Shown: positions 48,956 through 58,482 of the stretch, piece by piece
Numbering within the stretch: the first letter of the stretch is position 1
Layout of the letters: each line of letters starts with the position of its first letter
Translations under genes and position numbers: made by a program
The notes under the pieces: generated by a model
What the model was told of the DNA's origin: nothing
What the model saw: the letters and a program-made list of their open reading frames with translations, nothing else
Databases searched by the model: none
Source of the DNA: Candidatus Heimdallarchaeota archaeon
Lineage (GTDB): Archaea; Asgardarchaeota; Heimdallarchaeia; Hodarchaeales; Hodarchaeaceae
Assembly (NCBI GenBank): GCA_011364965.1
Contig: RDOB01000007.1
Coordinates: 1 to 64,000, forward strand
Reading direction: 5' to 3'
Length of the DNA: 64,000 bases

Positions 48956-49363
48956 TTGAGTAAAGAACGTCGCGATTTAAGCCAACGGAAGATTCGGCGT
49001 ATTCAAACTGCTACTGATGAGCCTTCTGCAGACACTGATTCAATAACAGTATCCTCAATGGCTGATAGATTTAACGCGTTATCTCCAAATACAAAATTGT
49101 ACTACTCCAAAGTTGTTTTTAGCATTATTTGGGGAATAATAGCTGGTCTTTCTTTTATTTTCTTTGATATTTCTCCTGGTTTATGGTTCTTATTTCCCAT
49201 AGTGGGGTTGATATCATGTAACGCTTTTGTACGCTTTTACTTAGAGCTACCGGGTGATGAGGTGGACACAAAGCGCCTTTGGCTCTCAGGAACGTTTACA
49301 TTTATAGTTTTATTCGTTGTTGTATCATCATTAATATGGATGTTACCAGGACCCCGTCTTTAA
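48956..49363 (+). CDS. EMC6/Rab5ip(OPTI)-like 3-TM membrane protein
   Basis: LYYSKVVFSIIWGIIAG...LWLSGTFTFIVLFVVVSSLIW pattern. Confidence 0.6.
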   Translation: MSKERRDLSQRKIRRIQTATDEPSADTDSITVSSMADRFNALSPNTKLYYSKVVFSIIWGIIAGLSFIFFDISPGLWFLFPIVGLISCNAFVRFYLELPGDEVDTKRLWLSGTFTFIVLFVVVSSLIWMLPGPRL

Positions 49364-50115
49364 ATAGACCAATCATCTCCAGCAGTAAAAGTCCGACTGA
49401 GATGAGCTGCTAGAAGTTCCATTCCATCTCCAGTTAAGGAACTTATCGGAAGAATTGGAATATCAGATAAGGTTTCTACGATTTGCCCTATTCCAAATGA
49501 AAATTCTCTATTCATCCCATGAAGTTCTTCAATGGCAACATATGGATCCTCTCTCCAAGATAATATTGTTTCAATTTGATGTGCCTTAATTAAATCGCTT
49601 TTTGTCAAAACATGAATCATAGGTAAATTCAGTCTTATCTGGACTGAAGTAGCGAGTAGGTTAATCGAAAGAAAACCAGAGATATTAGATACAAGGGCAG
49701 AATCAAATAAAAAGGCTAATGTTGAGGTATCAGCTGGAAAACTCTGAATTATTTTTAAACTAGCAGTTCGATATGCAAAAAGCTCAATTTGCCCCGGAGT
49801 ATCAATAAGAACAACCTCTGAACTTTCCCCGAGGTCAGTTATTTGTTCCTGAATCTCATGAATATAATCAGCAATCAAATCAGCAGCTGCAATCATTGCA
49901 CCATTTGGACCAAGCTGATATTCATCAACCAGCTGTTCAAAGTTAATGAACTCCCTAATATCAATGTCGGCCTGATAAGGAACATGTTGGACTGCTGGGT
50001 CAAGATTAATTGTAGTTATTGACGCACCTCTTGTTATCAAATATCTCTGAAGAGATGATGTAAGCATTGTCTTCCCAGAGCCTGCTGTACCTACAATATA
50101 ACAAATATTTGGCAT
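49360..50115 (-). CDS. GPN-loop GTPase
   Basis: GTAGSGKT, NLDPA, LGPNGA, DTPGQIELF, TKSD. Confidence 0.95.
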   Translation of the reverse strand: MPNICYIVGTAGSGKTMLTSSLQRYLITRGASITTINLDPAVQHVPYQADIDIREFINFEQLVDEYQLGPNGAMIAAADLIADYIHEIQEQITDLGESSEVVLIDTPGQIELFAYRTASLKIIQSFPADTSTLAFLFDSALVSNISGFLSINLLATSVQIRLNLPMIHVLTKSDLIKAHQIETILSWREDPYVAIEELHGMNREFSFGIGQIVETLSDIPILPISSLTGDGMELLAAHLSRTFTAGDDWSI

Positions 50116-50119
50116 CTAA

Positions 50120-51262
50120 TCAGCCACCAGTTCCTAACAATAACTTGAAATCTATAATTTGAGTAGGAGAAGCCAAGAGACCTCTTGAGTAAATTTCTAG
50201 TGTTATGGAAGCACTATAAACTCCTAAATCACTCAGATAAGCGATCACAGCTCCCTCAATAACTTTCTTTCCAATGAAATTGTATACCACGCTCCATCGA
50301 TACAATCCCTGAGTCTCATTTACTTTAATTTCAAAATAATCAATATTATTGAAAAGCCCTCCTGAAGTGATTTCAATTTTTACGGGAAAAAAGTACACAT
50401 CTTGAGTCCCTTCCTTCCAAGAGTAGTTATTTGTCAAATTAAAAGGAGTTGATTTGTCTTCTAGGGGATTAGCCAATGAATTATCACTCATAGCATAGAT
50501 ATTAACATCTGGGGACGATAAAAGTGCTCCTAATATATTAAATCCAAGAAAAGAGAAAATTATTAAAAAAATGATAGCTGTATAGAATAGAGTTTGTTTA
50601 GAGGCAATATTTCTCTCGAATATGATTCCTTTCTGAATTATATTTAGATTATTCACCAAATTCTGATTTTCACTAGATTTATTTTGAATACAAGACTCAT
50701 CTTTTCCTTGTTTTACCTTTTCTTTTTCATCTCCTCCAAGAAAAAGCAAGATAATCGCAAAAGATAATACAACTAACCTACCAAGTGTTGTTTGAATAAC
50801 TAGTAAGAACCATCCAACATGCGGAACTCGAAATACAACCACTCCATGGATTATGTCATCTTCTCCTATAACGTACCAGCTATCAGGATCCACTCGATTA
50901 TCTCCATTAGTTTTGAAACGAATCGTACCATTTTCTTCCCACTTCGCCACAACACGGTGAACAACTGGATCATTTACGTAAGGAGTGTCGAAAATAATAA
51001 CATCGCCAACTTTGATCTCATTGATTGGGACTCTTCTTATTAAAAGGATATCACCTCTAAATGGATACATCTCAGAATACTCATAATCTTGAAATCCGTT
51101 GTAAATTGGAAGCATACTTCCAGTTGTAACAGAAACAATTGGATGTTTAGGATTTGCTAAATAAGAGTTGATTCCAGAAGAAACAGCAACTGCTAAGACA
51201 ATTGCAATTCCTAAAAGCAAAACTCCCTCAATAATACCTTTATATTTTCTGATAGCCTTCAA
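50120..51262 (-). CDS. sec11: Signal peptidase I (Sec11 type) with extended C-terminus
   Basis: VTTGSMLP, RGDIL, PVVHRVV, FKTNGDN, VPHVGW. Confidence 0.85.
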   Translation of the reverse strand: MKAIRKYKGIIEGVLLLGIAIVLAVAVSSGINSYLANPKHPIVSVTTGSMLPIYNGFQDYEYSEMYPFRGDILLIRRVPINEIKVGDVIIFDTPYVNDPVVHRVVAKWEENGTIRFKTNGDNRVDPDSWYVIGEDDIIHGVVVFRVPHVGWFLLVIQTTLGRLVVLSFAIILLFLGGDEKEKVKQGKDESCIQNKSSENQNLVNNLNIIQKGIIFERNIASKQTLFYTAIIFLIIFSFLGFNILGALLSSPDVNIYAMSDNSLANPLEDKSTPFNLTNNYSWKEGTQDVYFFPVKIEITSGGLFNNIDYFEIKVNETQGLYRWSVVYNFIGKKVIEGAVIAYLSDLGVYSASITLEIYSRGLLASPTQIIDFKLLLGTGG

Positions 51263-51645
51263 TATATATCAATTCAAGGAGAGAATGGAGACATTTTTTA
51301 GCTTACTGATCCAAACTATAATTGAATATAATATGTCCCCTATTCAAATAATCAGGTCAAGGATTGCTCATATTAAATTTTTTCATCTCTAATAGAAAAC
51401 ATAAGAATTTAGTGGACGTAGAGGCTAATAGATTGTACCATTTAGTAATTGGTTACATTTTTTTAGCAAATAATCCCTCTCATTTGAATTATTTAGCAAA
51501 AATATAAAATCTAGAACCATTATTTTCTATTATAATCATCTTAACCATCAAGCAACTTTTAACGTTAAAGTAGAAATGATGTAAATGACATAAAGCAGAA
51601 AATAAATGCCAAATATGTCAACATTTTATATGGAGTTTACCTAAG

Positions 51646-51948
51646 ATGAAAATTCCCGCTAAAATGCGTACTTACTGCCCCAATTGCAAGAAACATACTT
51701 TCCAAGACGTGAAGATTGAGAAAGCGAGGCAGAGAGGAGGCGGAATGGGCCATGGAAGTCGGAGATCGGAAAGATGGACAAGTAGGATTGGAAATCACGG
51801 TCGTTATTCTCGAAGGCCAATTGCTTCACGTAATATGACATCTAAAACTACCAAAAAAGTGGATTTACGAACTACATGTACAGAATGCGGAAAGAAATGG
51901 ATTCGAAGTAGACCCAGAGCAAGACGAACTGAGTTAAAACGAGTATAG
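51646..51948 (+). CDS. rpl44e: Ribosomal protein eL42 (L44e)
   Basis: MKIP..MRTYCPNCKKHT, KTTKKVDLR..CTECGK. Confidence 0.95.
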   Translation: MKIPAKMRTYCPNCKKHTFQDVKIEKARQRGGGMGHGSRRSERWTSRIGNHGRYSRRPIASRNMTSKTTKKVDLRTTCTECGKKWIRSRPRARRTELKRV

Positions 51949-51954
51949 AGTCAT

Positions 51955-52350
51955 TTGTATAAATTAGGAAGTATTCACCAAATGGATGAGAAAGAATCAC
52001 CATCTGAGACAGATTCTAACTCCCCAAATCAACCGTCAACACAAGACTCTTCTGCCAAGACTACGATCGATGAACCACAAACTATCATTGAACAGCTCGG
52101 CCGAACTAAAAAAAGAATATTGATTGAATTATATCGAGATTCGGTTGGATATAAACGATTAAGTAAAATGATAGGTGTTGGACTTGATACAGTTAGGAGT
52201 CATATCCGAACTGGTAAATATAGTCGCTCATTACTTGAATTAGGGCTTGTAGAACGAGGTGAACAAGGATGGCAATTAACACCTCTAGGATTACAAGTAA
52301 CGGAGCTTTTACAACAAGACAGTGAATTCAAAGCCTTTTTTTTCGAGTAA
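51955..52350 (+). CDS. Winged-helix DNA-binding protein
   Basis: KKRILIEL...LSKMIGV..DTVRSHI...LLELGLVE....WQLTPLG. Confidence 0.75.
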   Translation: MYKLGSIHQMDEKESPSETDSNSPNQPSTQDSSAKTTIDEPQTIIEQLGRTKKRILIELYRDSVGYKRLSKMIGVGLDTVRSHIRTGKYSRSLLELGLVERGEQGWQLTPLGLQVTELLQQDSEFKAFFFE

Positions 52351-52554
52351 TAACTCCTCTTCAGAGTCATCTTAATTAAATGATGATTTTAGTTTTCTTT
52401 AAGCGTCAAAAGAACTCTAAAAAATCATGGGAAAGAATTTAAAAACAAGCTTGGGTTCAATTAGTGCGGATATCACTTCTCTAAAGCACTTCATTGATAA
52501 TCTATAGCCTGTAAATGATTGTTATAAAAAAGATCGATGATTAATCCATGAGAA

Positions 52555-52653
52555 AGCGGCTTAGGGTAGCTAGGTTATCCCGCGGGGCTCATATTACGTT
52601 CATATGCGTATGAGAGACCCCGAGATCGGATGGTTCAAATCCTCCAGCCGCTA
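52555..52653 (+). tRNA. Initiator tRNA-Met(CAT) with canonical 37/38 intron (52594-52616)
   Basis: A1-U72 acceptor AGCGGCT/AGCCGCT; G-C-rich anticodon stem CGGGG/CCCCG; BHB with helix CTCA/TGAG and bulges TAT and AGA. Confidence 0.92.
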
Positions 52654-52921
52654 TTACTCTTCTTTAATTCTTAAAGTAACTCGAACAGAGGGTTTGAGAA
52701 ATGATCAATTACCGAAATTAGCTAAAGAGATATCTTAAACCAAATTTTTGATGTCTGAGACATGATTTTTTCTGAAAAAAAAATTATTAGTGATCGTTTA
52801 TTGATCATAGATAAATAAAGGCACACTAGATAAAAAACCTAAGAGATTTCACATTCCTAGTTCTACTATAGGAACTTTTTTTAACAAGATAATTAGTAGG
52901 TAAACATGGGAATCAAGGATA

Positions 52922-53170
52922 GTGGTGAAGCAAATATCTGATATTAATGGTTCTATAAATCAAAGAAAAAAGAAGAAAAAATCATTTTGGTTCGAATATG
53001 CGGAAGAAAAAGGATTAGATCCTCATAAATCTGCATGGGCTGAATTTGACAAAAAAGAAAAGGAACTTTTGACTGCAGAGAAGGTCAGATTTTGTAGTAC
53101 ATGTGGAGCTTCATTAAAAATGGATTCACGTTTTTGTCAGAGATGTGGATCAAAAATACACAGAATTTAA
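52922..53170 (+). CDS. Zinc-ribbon protein
   Basis: FCSTCGA.L...SRFCQRCGSKI. Confidence 0.7.
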   Translation: MVKQISDINGSINQRKKKKKSFWFEYAEEKGLDPHKSAWAEFDKKEKELLTAEKVRFCSTCGASLKMDSRFCQRCGSKIHRI

Positions 53171-53197
53171 TATCTTAATTCTCTATATTTTTAAGAT

Positions 53198-53374
53198 TTA
53201 TCGTTCCCGTTGAAATTCAGGTTGACCTACAGGAATCTCGCGCTCAATACGCTTGACATAATTCTTTTTATTCCGTAAGATTGGTGTTAAGCCTTTTTTT
53301 GTACGTGCTTCAACCTTAGGTGTTTGATTTCTGACTTTCCCAGCTTTTGTAAGTGAACCGTGACTACCTGCCAT
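53198..53374 (-). CDS. rps30e: Ribosomal protein eS30
   Basis: [21 protein letters not shown]. Confidence 0.95.
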   Translation of the reverse strand: MAGSHGSLTKAGKVRNQTPKVEARTKKGLTPILRNKKNYVKRIEREIPVGQPEFQRER

Positions 53375-53628
53375 AATAATGATCCTTCTTGATTCAAATA
53401 ATACAGGTACAGTCACCTTACTTTGGATTTTTAACCTTTATACAAAAAGATTGAATTTCTTTGGAAAATTCATAATTTTTAAGGGAAGATAGATTTATGA
53501 GTAAGATGCAGTTTTATTCTTGAACTAACGCAATATGTAGCCATAGAACATAAAAAATGCCTGAAATTTCTAAACTATAGTTTTAAAGAGATTTTGATTT
53601 ATAATAATAAAGGAGATGTTGCAACTTC

Positions 53629-54498
53629 ATGGAAATTGATTATAAAGCTTTCAAGCTTAAAGTTACTCCACAAGAGATAGCACAATTAATTGATCATACA
53701 AAATTAAGTGCGTGGGAGGGACCTGGGAGCATAATAAATTTATGTAAAGAGGCACAGCAGCATAATTTTTTCTCTGTTTGTGTCAATTCAAGTTATGTCT
53801 CCTTGGCAGCTCAATCTCTAGAAAATTCGGATGTTAAGGTCTGTTCTGTCGTTGGGTTTCCCCTTGGAATGATGGATAGCGAATCAAAGGCATTTGAAAC
53901 TAAAAAAGCTGTGAAGGACGGAGCAGATGAAATTGATATGGTTATAAATGTTGGAAGATTGAAAGATGGCGACACTGATTTTGTTAGATCGGATATTGAA
54001 TCCGTGGTTACAGCTGCTAGTAATGCACTTGTGAAAGTTATCATTGAAACCTGTTATTTGACAGATAAAGAAAAAATTGAAGCTTGTACAATATCAAAGG
54101 ACGCTGGAGCTCATTTTGTAAAAACCTCCACAGGTTTTGGAGTATATGGGGCATTTCCATATGATATAAAATTAATGCGAAAAACTGTCGGCCCAAATAT
54201 TGGAGTGAAGGCTGCAGGGGGCATCCGAAATTTCTCTGATGCAGCAAGAGCAATAATTGCAGGAGGTAATACTTTAGATCCATTGAAATTCCGACTTGGT
54301 GCTAGTGCTGGGATTAATATCATGAACAATCTGAAATGGATGGCGTTAAGTGACCACTGGATAATCGATGAGATTCCTTGTCACCTATGCCCCACAAGGT
54401 CTGCTACATTCGGAAAAATGTCTGAAGCACATTATTCGTACCATAAAGAGAAATGTCAAACATGTGAATTCATTGAATATAACTTATTTTATGATTAG
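53629..54498 (+). CDS. deoC: Deoxyribose-phosphate aldolase with Cys-rich C-terminal extension
   Basis: IDHTKL, VVGFPLG, EIDMV, KVIIET, FVKTSTGF, VKAAGGIR, RLGAS. Confidence 0.95.
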   Translation: MEIDYKAFKLKVTPQEIAQLIDHTKLSAWEGPGSIINLCKEAQQHNFFSVCVNSSYVSLAAQSLENSDVKVCSVVGFPLGMMDSESKAFETKKAVKDGADEIDMVINVGRLKDGDTDFVRSDIESVVTAASNALVKVIIETCYLTDKEKIEACTISKDAGAHFVKTSTGFGVYGAFPYDIKLMRKTVGPNIGVKAAGGIRNFSDAARAIIAGGNTLDPLKFRLGASAGINIMNNLKWMALSDHWIIDEIPCHLCPTRSATFGKMSEAHYSYHKEKCQTCEFIEYNLFYD

Positions 54499-54514
54499 GA
54501 AAGGAAAGTTAAAA

Positions 54515-56281
54515 ATGAAGAATTATAATCTATTACGCTGCAATTTAACTGATAGAACAGTAAAGCCCGAAAAGATCTCTGAAGAGATTCTAAAATTGTA
54601 CATTGGAGGCAGAGGTCTTGGTGTGAAAATCCTGTGGGATGAAGTACCTCCAAAAACTGATGCTTTAAGTGAAAATAACAAATTAATTTTTTCAGTTGGC
54701 CCACTTACTGCAACTTCCGCTCCGACGTCAGGACGTTTTTCTTGTGTGTCAAAGTCTCCTTTAACAGGAACGATATTTGATGCTAATTCAGGTGGACGAT
54801 TTGGATTTGAGCTAAGAGGATTAGATATTTTAGCACTTATAATTGAAGGAAAAGCTTCAGAATTAAGTTATTTATACCTAAATGCAGAATCAGGTATATA
54901 CGAATTACGCTCTGCATTAGAATTTAGTAAAAAGGACACTTGGATAACAACAGATCAATTGATTGAACAAACAGACTCACAAGCAAAAATTGCTTGTATA
55001 GGTCCAGCTGGAGAAAATAAAGTTTTAACTGCTTGTATAATAAACGATAAAGGACATGCTCTAGGTCGAGGAGGATTAGGTGCCGTTATGGGCTCAAAGA
55101 ATTTGAAAGCAATCGCCATAAGAGGTAATAAACTAGAAAAAAACGATGAACTTAAAGATGTTTCAGATGAATTGCACTTGGCCTTAAGAAAAAATCCCGT
55201 AACAAAATCTGCATTGCCTGTTTTCGGTACCCCAGTATTGGTTAATGTAATTAACGAATTAGGAATGTTTCCAACCAAAAATTTCCAAGAGGGAGTGTTC
55301 GATGATGCTCCTGGTATTTCAGGAGAGAAATTACAGGAATTATATGTTGTCCGAAAACACGCTTGTGCGGGGTGCACTATAGCATGTGGAAGAATCACAA
55401 AGTTAACTGAGGAAAAACAAGGAAAAGGACCCGAGTTTGAGACAATATGGGCATTTGGCTCTCAAATAGCGAATAACAACTTGGCGTTAATATGTGAGTT
55501 GAACTATTTATGTAATCAGGTCGGATTGGATACAATTTCAACTGGAAATACCATCGGTTGTGCAATGGAATTAGCTGAGGCCGGATTACTCCCCGATTTT
55601 CCAAAATTTGGAGAAACTGATAAACTTATGGACATAATCAAGGAAATAGCATTTAAGAGAGGAATGGGTTTAGATTTAGGTGAAGGTTCGAAACGTTTTG
55701 CTGAAAGATATGGTAAACCAGAATTATCAATGAGCGTTAAATCACTTGAAATACCTGCTTATGATCCAAGAGGAGCACAAGGGCAAGGATTGGCCTATGC
55801 AACCTCAAATCGTGGCGGTTGCCACTTAAGGGCATATATGATTAGTACAGAAATACTTGGAAACCCAATTCCAATGGATCGTTTCACTCCTCAAGGAAAA
55901 GCGGGGATTGTTCGCGTTTTTGAAGATTTATCTGCGTTCGTAGATTCCTTAGTTCTCTGTAGATTCTCATCTTTTGCACTATCAGCAATCGATTATGCTC
56001 GATTATTATCTGTCATATATAAAATAAAATATACAGAATCCGATGTGATGCGTATAGGGGAACGGATCTGGAATTTAGAACGCCTTTATAACGTGAAAGC
56101 TGGATTCGGTGCGAAAGATGATCAATTACCTCCTCGATTATTGACAGAAGTACATAAAATCGGGGGTTCAAGAAATAAAACTGTAATGTTAAATCAATTA
56201 CTCCCCGAATATTATAAATTAAGAGGTTGGAATGCAGAAGGAATTCCTGAACCATCAACTTTAGAATCTTTGAGTTTATGA
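54515..56281 (+). CDS. aor: Tungsten-containing aldehyde:ferredoxin oxidoreductase
   Basis: YIGGRGLG, KSPLTG, GRGGLGAVMGSKNLKA, CAGCTIAC, GPEFET, GLDTIS, NRGGCH; start at the ATG of MKNYNL. Confidence 0.95.
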   Translation: MKNYNLLRCNLTDRTVKPEKISEEILKLYIGGRGLGVKILWDEVPPKTDALSENNKLIFSVGPLTATSAPTSGRFSCVSKSPLTGTIFDANSGGRFGFELRGLDILALIIEGKASELSYLYLNAESGIYELRSALEFSKKDTWITTDQLIEQTDSQAKIACIGPAGENKVLTACIINDKGHALGRGGLGAVMGSKNLKAIAIRGNKLEKNDELKDVSDELHLALRKNPVTKSALPVFGTPVLVNVINELGMFPTKNFQEGVFDDAPGISGEKLQELYVVRKHACAGCTIACGRITKLTEEKQGKGPEFETIWAFGSQIANNNLALICELNYLCNQVGLDTISTGNTIGCAMELAEAGLLPDFPKFGETDKLMDIIKEIAFKRGMGLDLGEGSKRFAERYGKPELSMSVKSLEIPAYDPRGAQGQGLAYATSNRGGCHLRAYMISTEILGNPIPMDRFTPQGKAGIVRVFEDLSAFVDSLVLCRFSSFALSAIDYARLLSVIYKIKYTESDVMRIGERIWNLERLYNVKAGFGAKDDQLPPRLLTEVHKIGGSRNKTVMLNQLLPEYYKLRGWNAEGIPEPSTLESLSL

Positions 56282-56325
56282 AAACTAATCCTTTTACTAA
56301 TACAAATTTTCGATGATGCATAGCA

Positions 56326-57282
56326 ATGAAAGTAATTAGAGGATTTTCTAAGAAATCTGGGTATGACTGCTCAATTTGCCATCATAAATGCTGTGCAACG
56401 GAGTTTGACCTTCCCTTACTACCCCATGAAAATGATAAAATTCGCCAAGTATATCCTCATTGGGCAAAATTGATTAAAAAAGAAAATAATTATCATAAGT
56501 TAATGCGAGGAGATAGTTGCCCTTTTTTAAGAGTAAATGGCCATTGTGAACTTCATTCAACTAATTTAAAACCCCTAATATGCCGTATATATCCGTTGAT
56601 TATTTCTCGTATCGACAATAACTCTGTATTGATCTGGATTGACCCTTGTAGGGGAAATGGTTTCAACTGGGTAGCGGGTGTGTCCCATCAGATAAAGAAT
56701 GACGAGATAGTAAAATTATTGCAGGAACTCATACCTTATTTTACAGATTACATAGGAGATGAGTATAACAATGATAATCCTTATGCTGATGTTCGAAACG
56801 CACGGATAAAAGAAGAAGAAGTGTTTTTCGAAAAAACAAGGCCTACAACTAATTACTCGTTATTAACATCAGGATTAAAACAATGCAAGTCTTATCTAGA
56901 TACAGAGACTGAAATGCTCACCCAGCTTAATTCTCAACTCAATAAAAAGGATCGCTTAATCGAGATACTCGAATCTGTTTTTCATTGGTTATCTTGGAGT
57001 CCAGTGGGATTAAATTTGTCATTCCCTAATTCGAAAGTGATATTCAGCATAGCTGCAGCATGGGTCTATTCATGGAGTAGAGAATTAGGAGAGACTTATG
57101 TTAAGCACAAAGAAAAACAGGATATTTACAACAAAATGGGATCAATATTAGCAACTGCTATTCTTCCGTCATTCTGGTACCAATTTTCAATTGCAAGTGA
57201 TGATAAATATCTTAAGACATTTTCAGGGAAGATTATTCAGGTTTTGAAAGGAAATCTGCCTCAAGATAACCTATTAGGCTAG
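56326..57282 (+). CDS. YkgJ-family (CxxCxxCC) cysteine-cluster protein
   Basis: CSICHHKCC, CPFL...C.LH..KPLICRIYP, CRG. Confidence 0.85.
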   Translation: MKVIRGFSKKSGYDCSICHHKCCATEFDLPLLPHENDKIRQVYPHWAKLIKKENNYHKLMRGDSCPFLRVNGHCELHSTNLKPLICRIYPLIISRIDNNSVLIWIDPCRGNGFNWVAGVSHQIKNDEIVKLLQELIPYFTDYIGDEYNNDNPYADVRNARIKEEEVFFEKTRPTTNYSLLTSGLKQCKSYLDTETEMLTQLNSQLNKKDRLIEILESVFHWLSWSPVGLNLSFPNSKVIFSIAAAWVYSWSRELGETYVKHKEKQDIYNKMGSILATAILPSFWYQFSIASDDKYLKTFSGKIIQVLKGNLPQDNLLG

Positions 57283-57288
57283 GAATTA

Positions 57289-58422
57289 CTAATTATCGTC
57301 AAAATCAGAGGGTAAGCCGATCTGTTTGATCAGAATATCACTAAGTTTATCTGTACGTGGTTTTGACTCTAAAAGGAAGTCCTCTAAATTTGTCTCAACC
57401 TGTTTAAGGACAATTCTCTCTTCAGGATCGAGGTTTTGGAAATCAATATGGTACTCAAAGAATTTACAAGCGAGTTGAGGCATCCTGGTCAGCTTGTGAA
57501 TTTCCTCATCCGTTAATAAACGAATTCGATGTAAAGTTTCCAGCACCCTTTGATCAAAAATATTTGTACTAGGATGAATAATCGCTGTTAGATAGCTTCT
57601 TCCTTGGGTGATATCATCTTCATCCATCCAAATATCTGAACCAAGTGACCACATTTCATAATCTATTCCCCAAATATGTTTAGTTTTATTCTTGTCATCT
57701 GTTTGCACAAGATAATTACCTGCATTGCGATCAGGATCATTCAGCCATATATCAAATGGTAATAGGGTAAAACCATCGTTAATTTCTCGAATAGAAATGA
57801 AAGCAGAGTCTAAATCCCCATTAAAAGAGTCTAAATATTCGTCTAAGTTCATAGAATTGGATATTTTTTCAGTTAGCAATCCCAGAACTGTACTTGGATC
57901 ATTATCTTTACTTCTCTGAGCAAGTTGGGATTCAAAGCGCTTAGATGTTTTTAAAATAAAACTCTCACGTGAGCAAAGTTCGTAATATTCATCCGCTGTC
58001 TCTGGCCCCCCATCTTCATCAAGAATCACTACATTCCCCAAACTAAGCCTAGTTGATGGTTTTAAGACAATATCACTAATCTTTTGAGAACAGATTAGAA
58101 TAACTTCAGGGACATTAAGTTTTAATTTTTCACCTAATCTCGCTGCAGTTAATTCATTAAAAACCCGCCAGAGATGCATCCGAGATTGACTATCCTCGGG
58201 GGATGCCTTAATATCAACCTCTAAGTCGAGAATTTTCTCCATTTCAAAATCGATAATATTAGAAAAAGTTTTTAGAAGCCAATCTTTCCCATGTTCATCG
58301 GTTAAAATGATAGCTTTTCCATGTTGTCCTGCAGCAGCTAAGGTTTTCTCAGTAATGCAGAAACGATTTATAACCTGACCTGCCTTTTCTGAATCATAAA
58401 TAACTAAATCCCAGTCTTTCAA
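57289..58422 (-). CDS. HipA/PI3-4-kinase-like atypical kinase
   Basis: GQHG...WLLK, FNELTAARLG..L.LNVP, FDIWLNDPDRNAGNYLV, WGIDYE. Confidence 0.75.
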   Translation of the reverse strand: MKDWDLVIYDSEKAGQVINRFCITEKTLAAAGQHGKAIILTDEHGKDWLLKTFSNIIDFEMEKILDLEVDIKASPEDSQSRMHLWRVFNELTAARLGEKLKLNVPEVILICSQKISDIVLKPSTRLSLGNVVILDEDGGPETADEYYELCSRESFILKTSKRFESQLAQRSKDNDPSTVLGLLTEKISNSMNLDEYLDSFNGDLDSAFISIREINDGFTLLPFDIWLNDPDRNAGNYLVQTDDKNKTKHIWGIDYEMWSLGSDIWMDEDDITQGRSYLTAIIHPSTNIFDQRVLETLHRIRLLTDEEIHKLTRMPQLACKFFEYHIDFQNLDPEERIVLKQVETNLEDFLLESKPRTDKLSDILIKQIGLPSDFDDN

Positions 58423-58482
58423 AACTTACCACTCACACATTTAGGTGAATGGAAATATAAAGAGCAAATGAAATTAAAAAAG

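Noticed and set aside
54368-54514. Long N-terminal extension of the AOR ORF overlapping deoC
   Set aside because: AOR similarity starts at the ATG at 54515; the upstream part is the alternative frame of deoC
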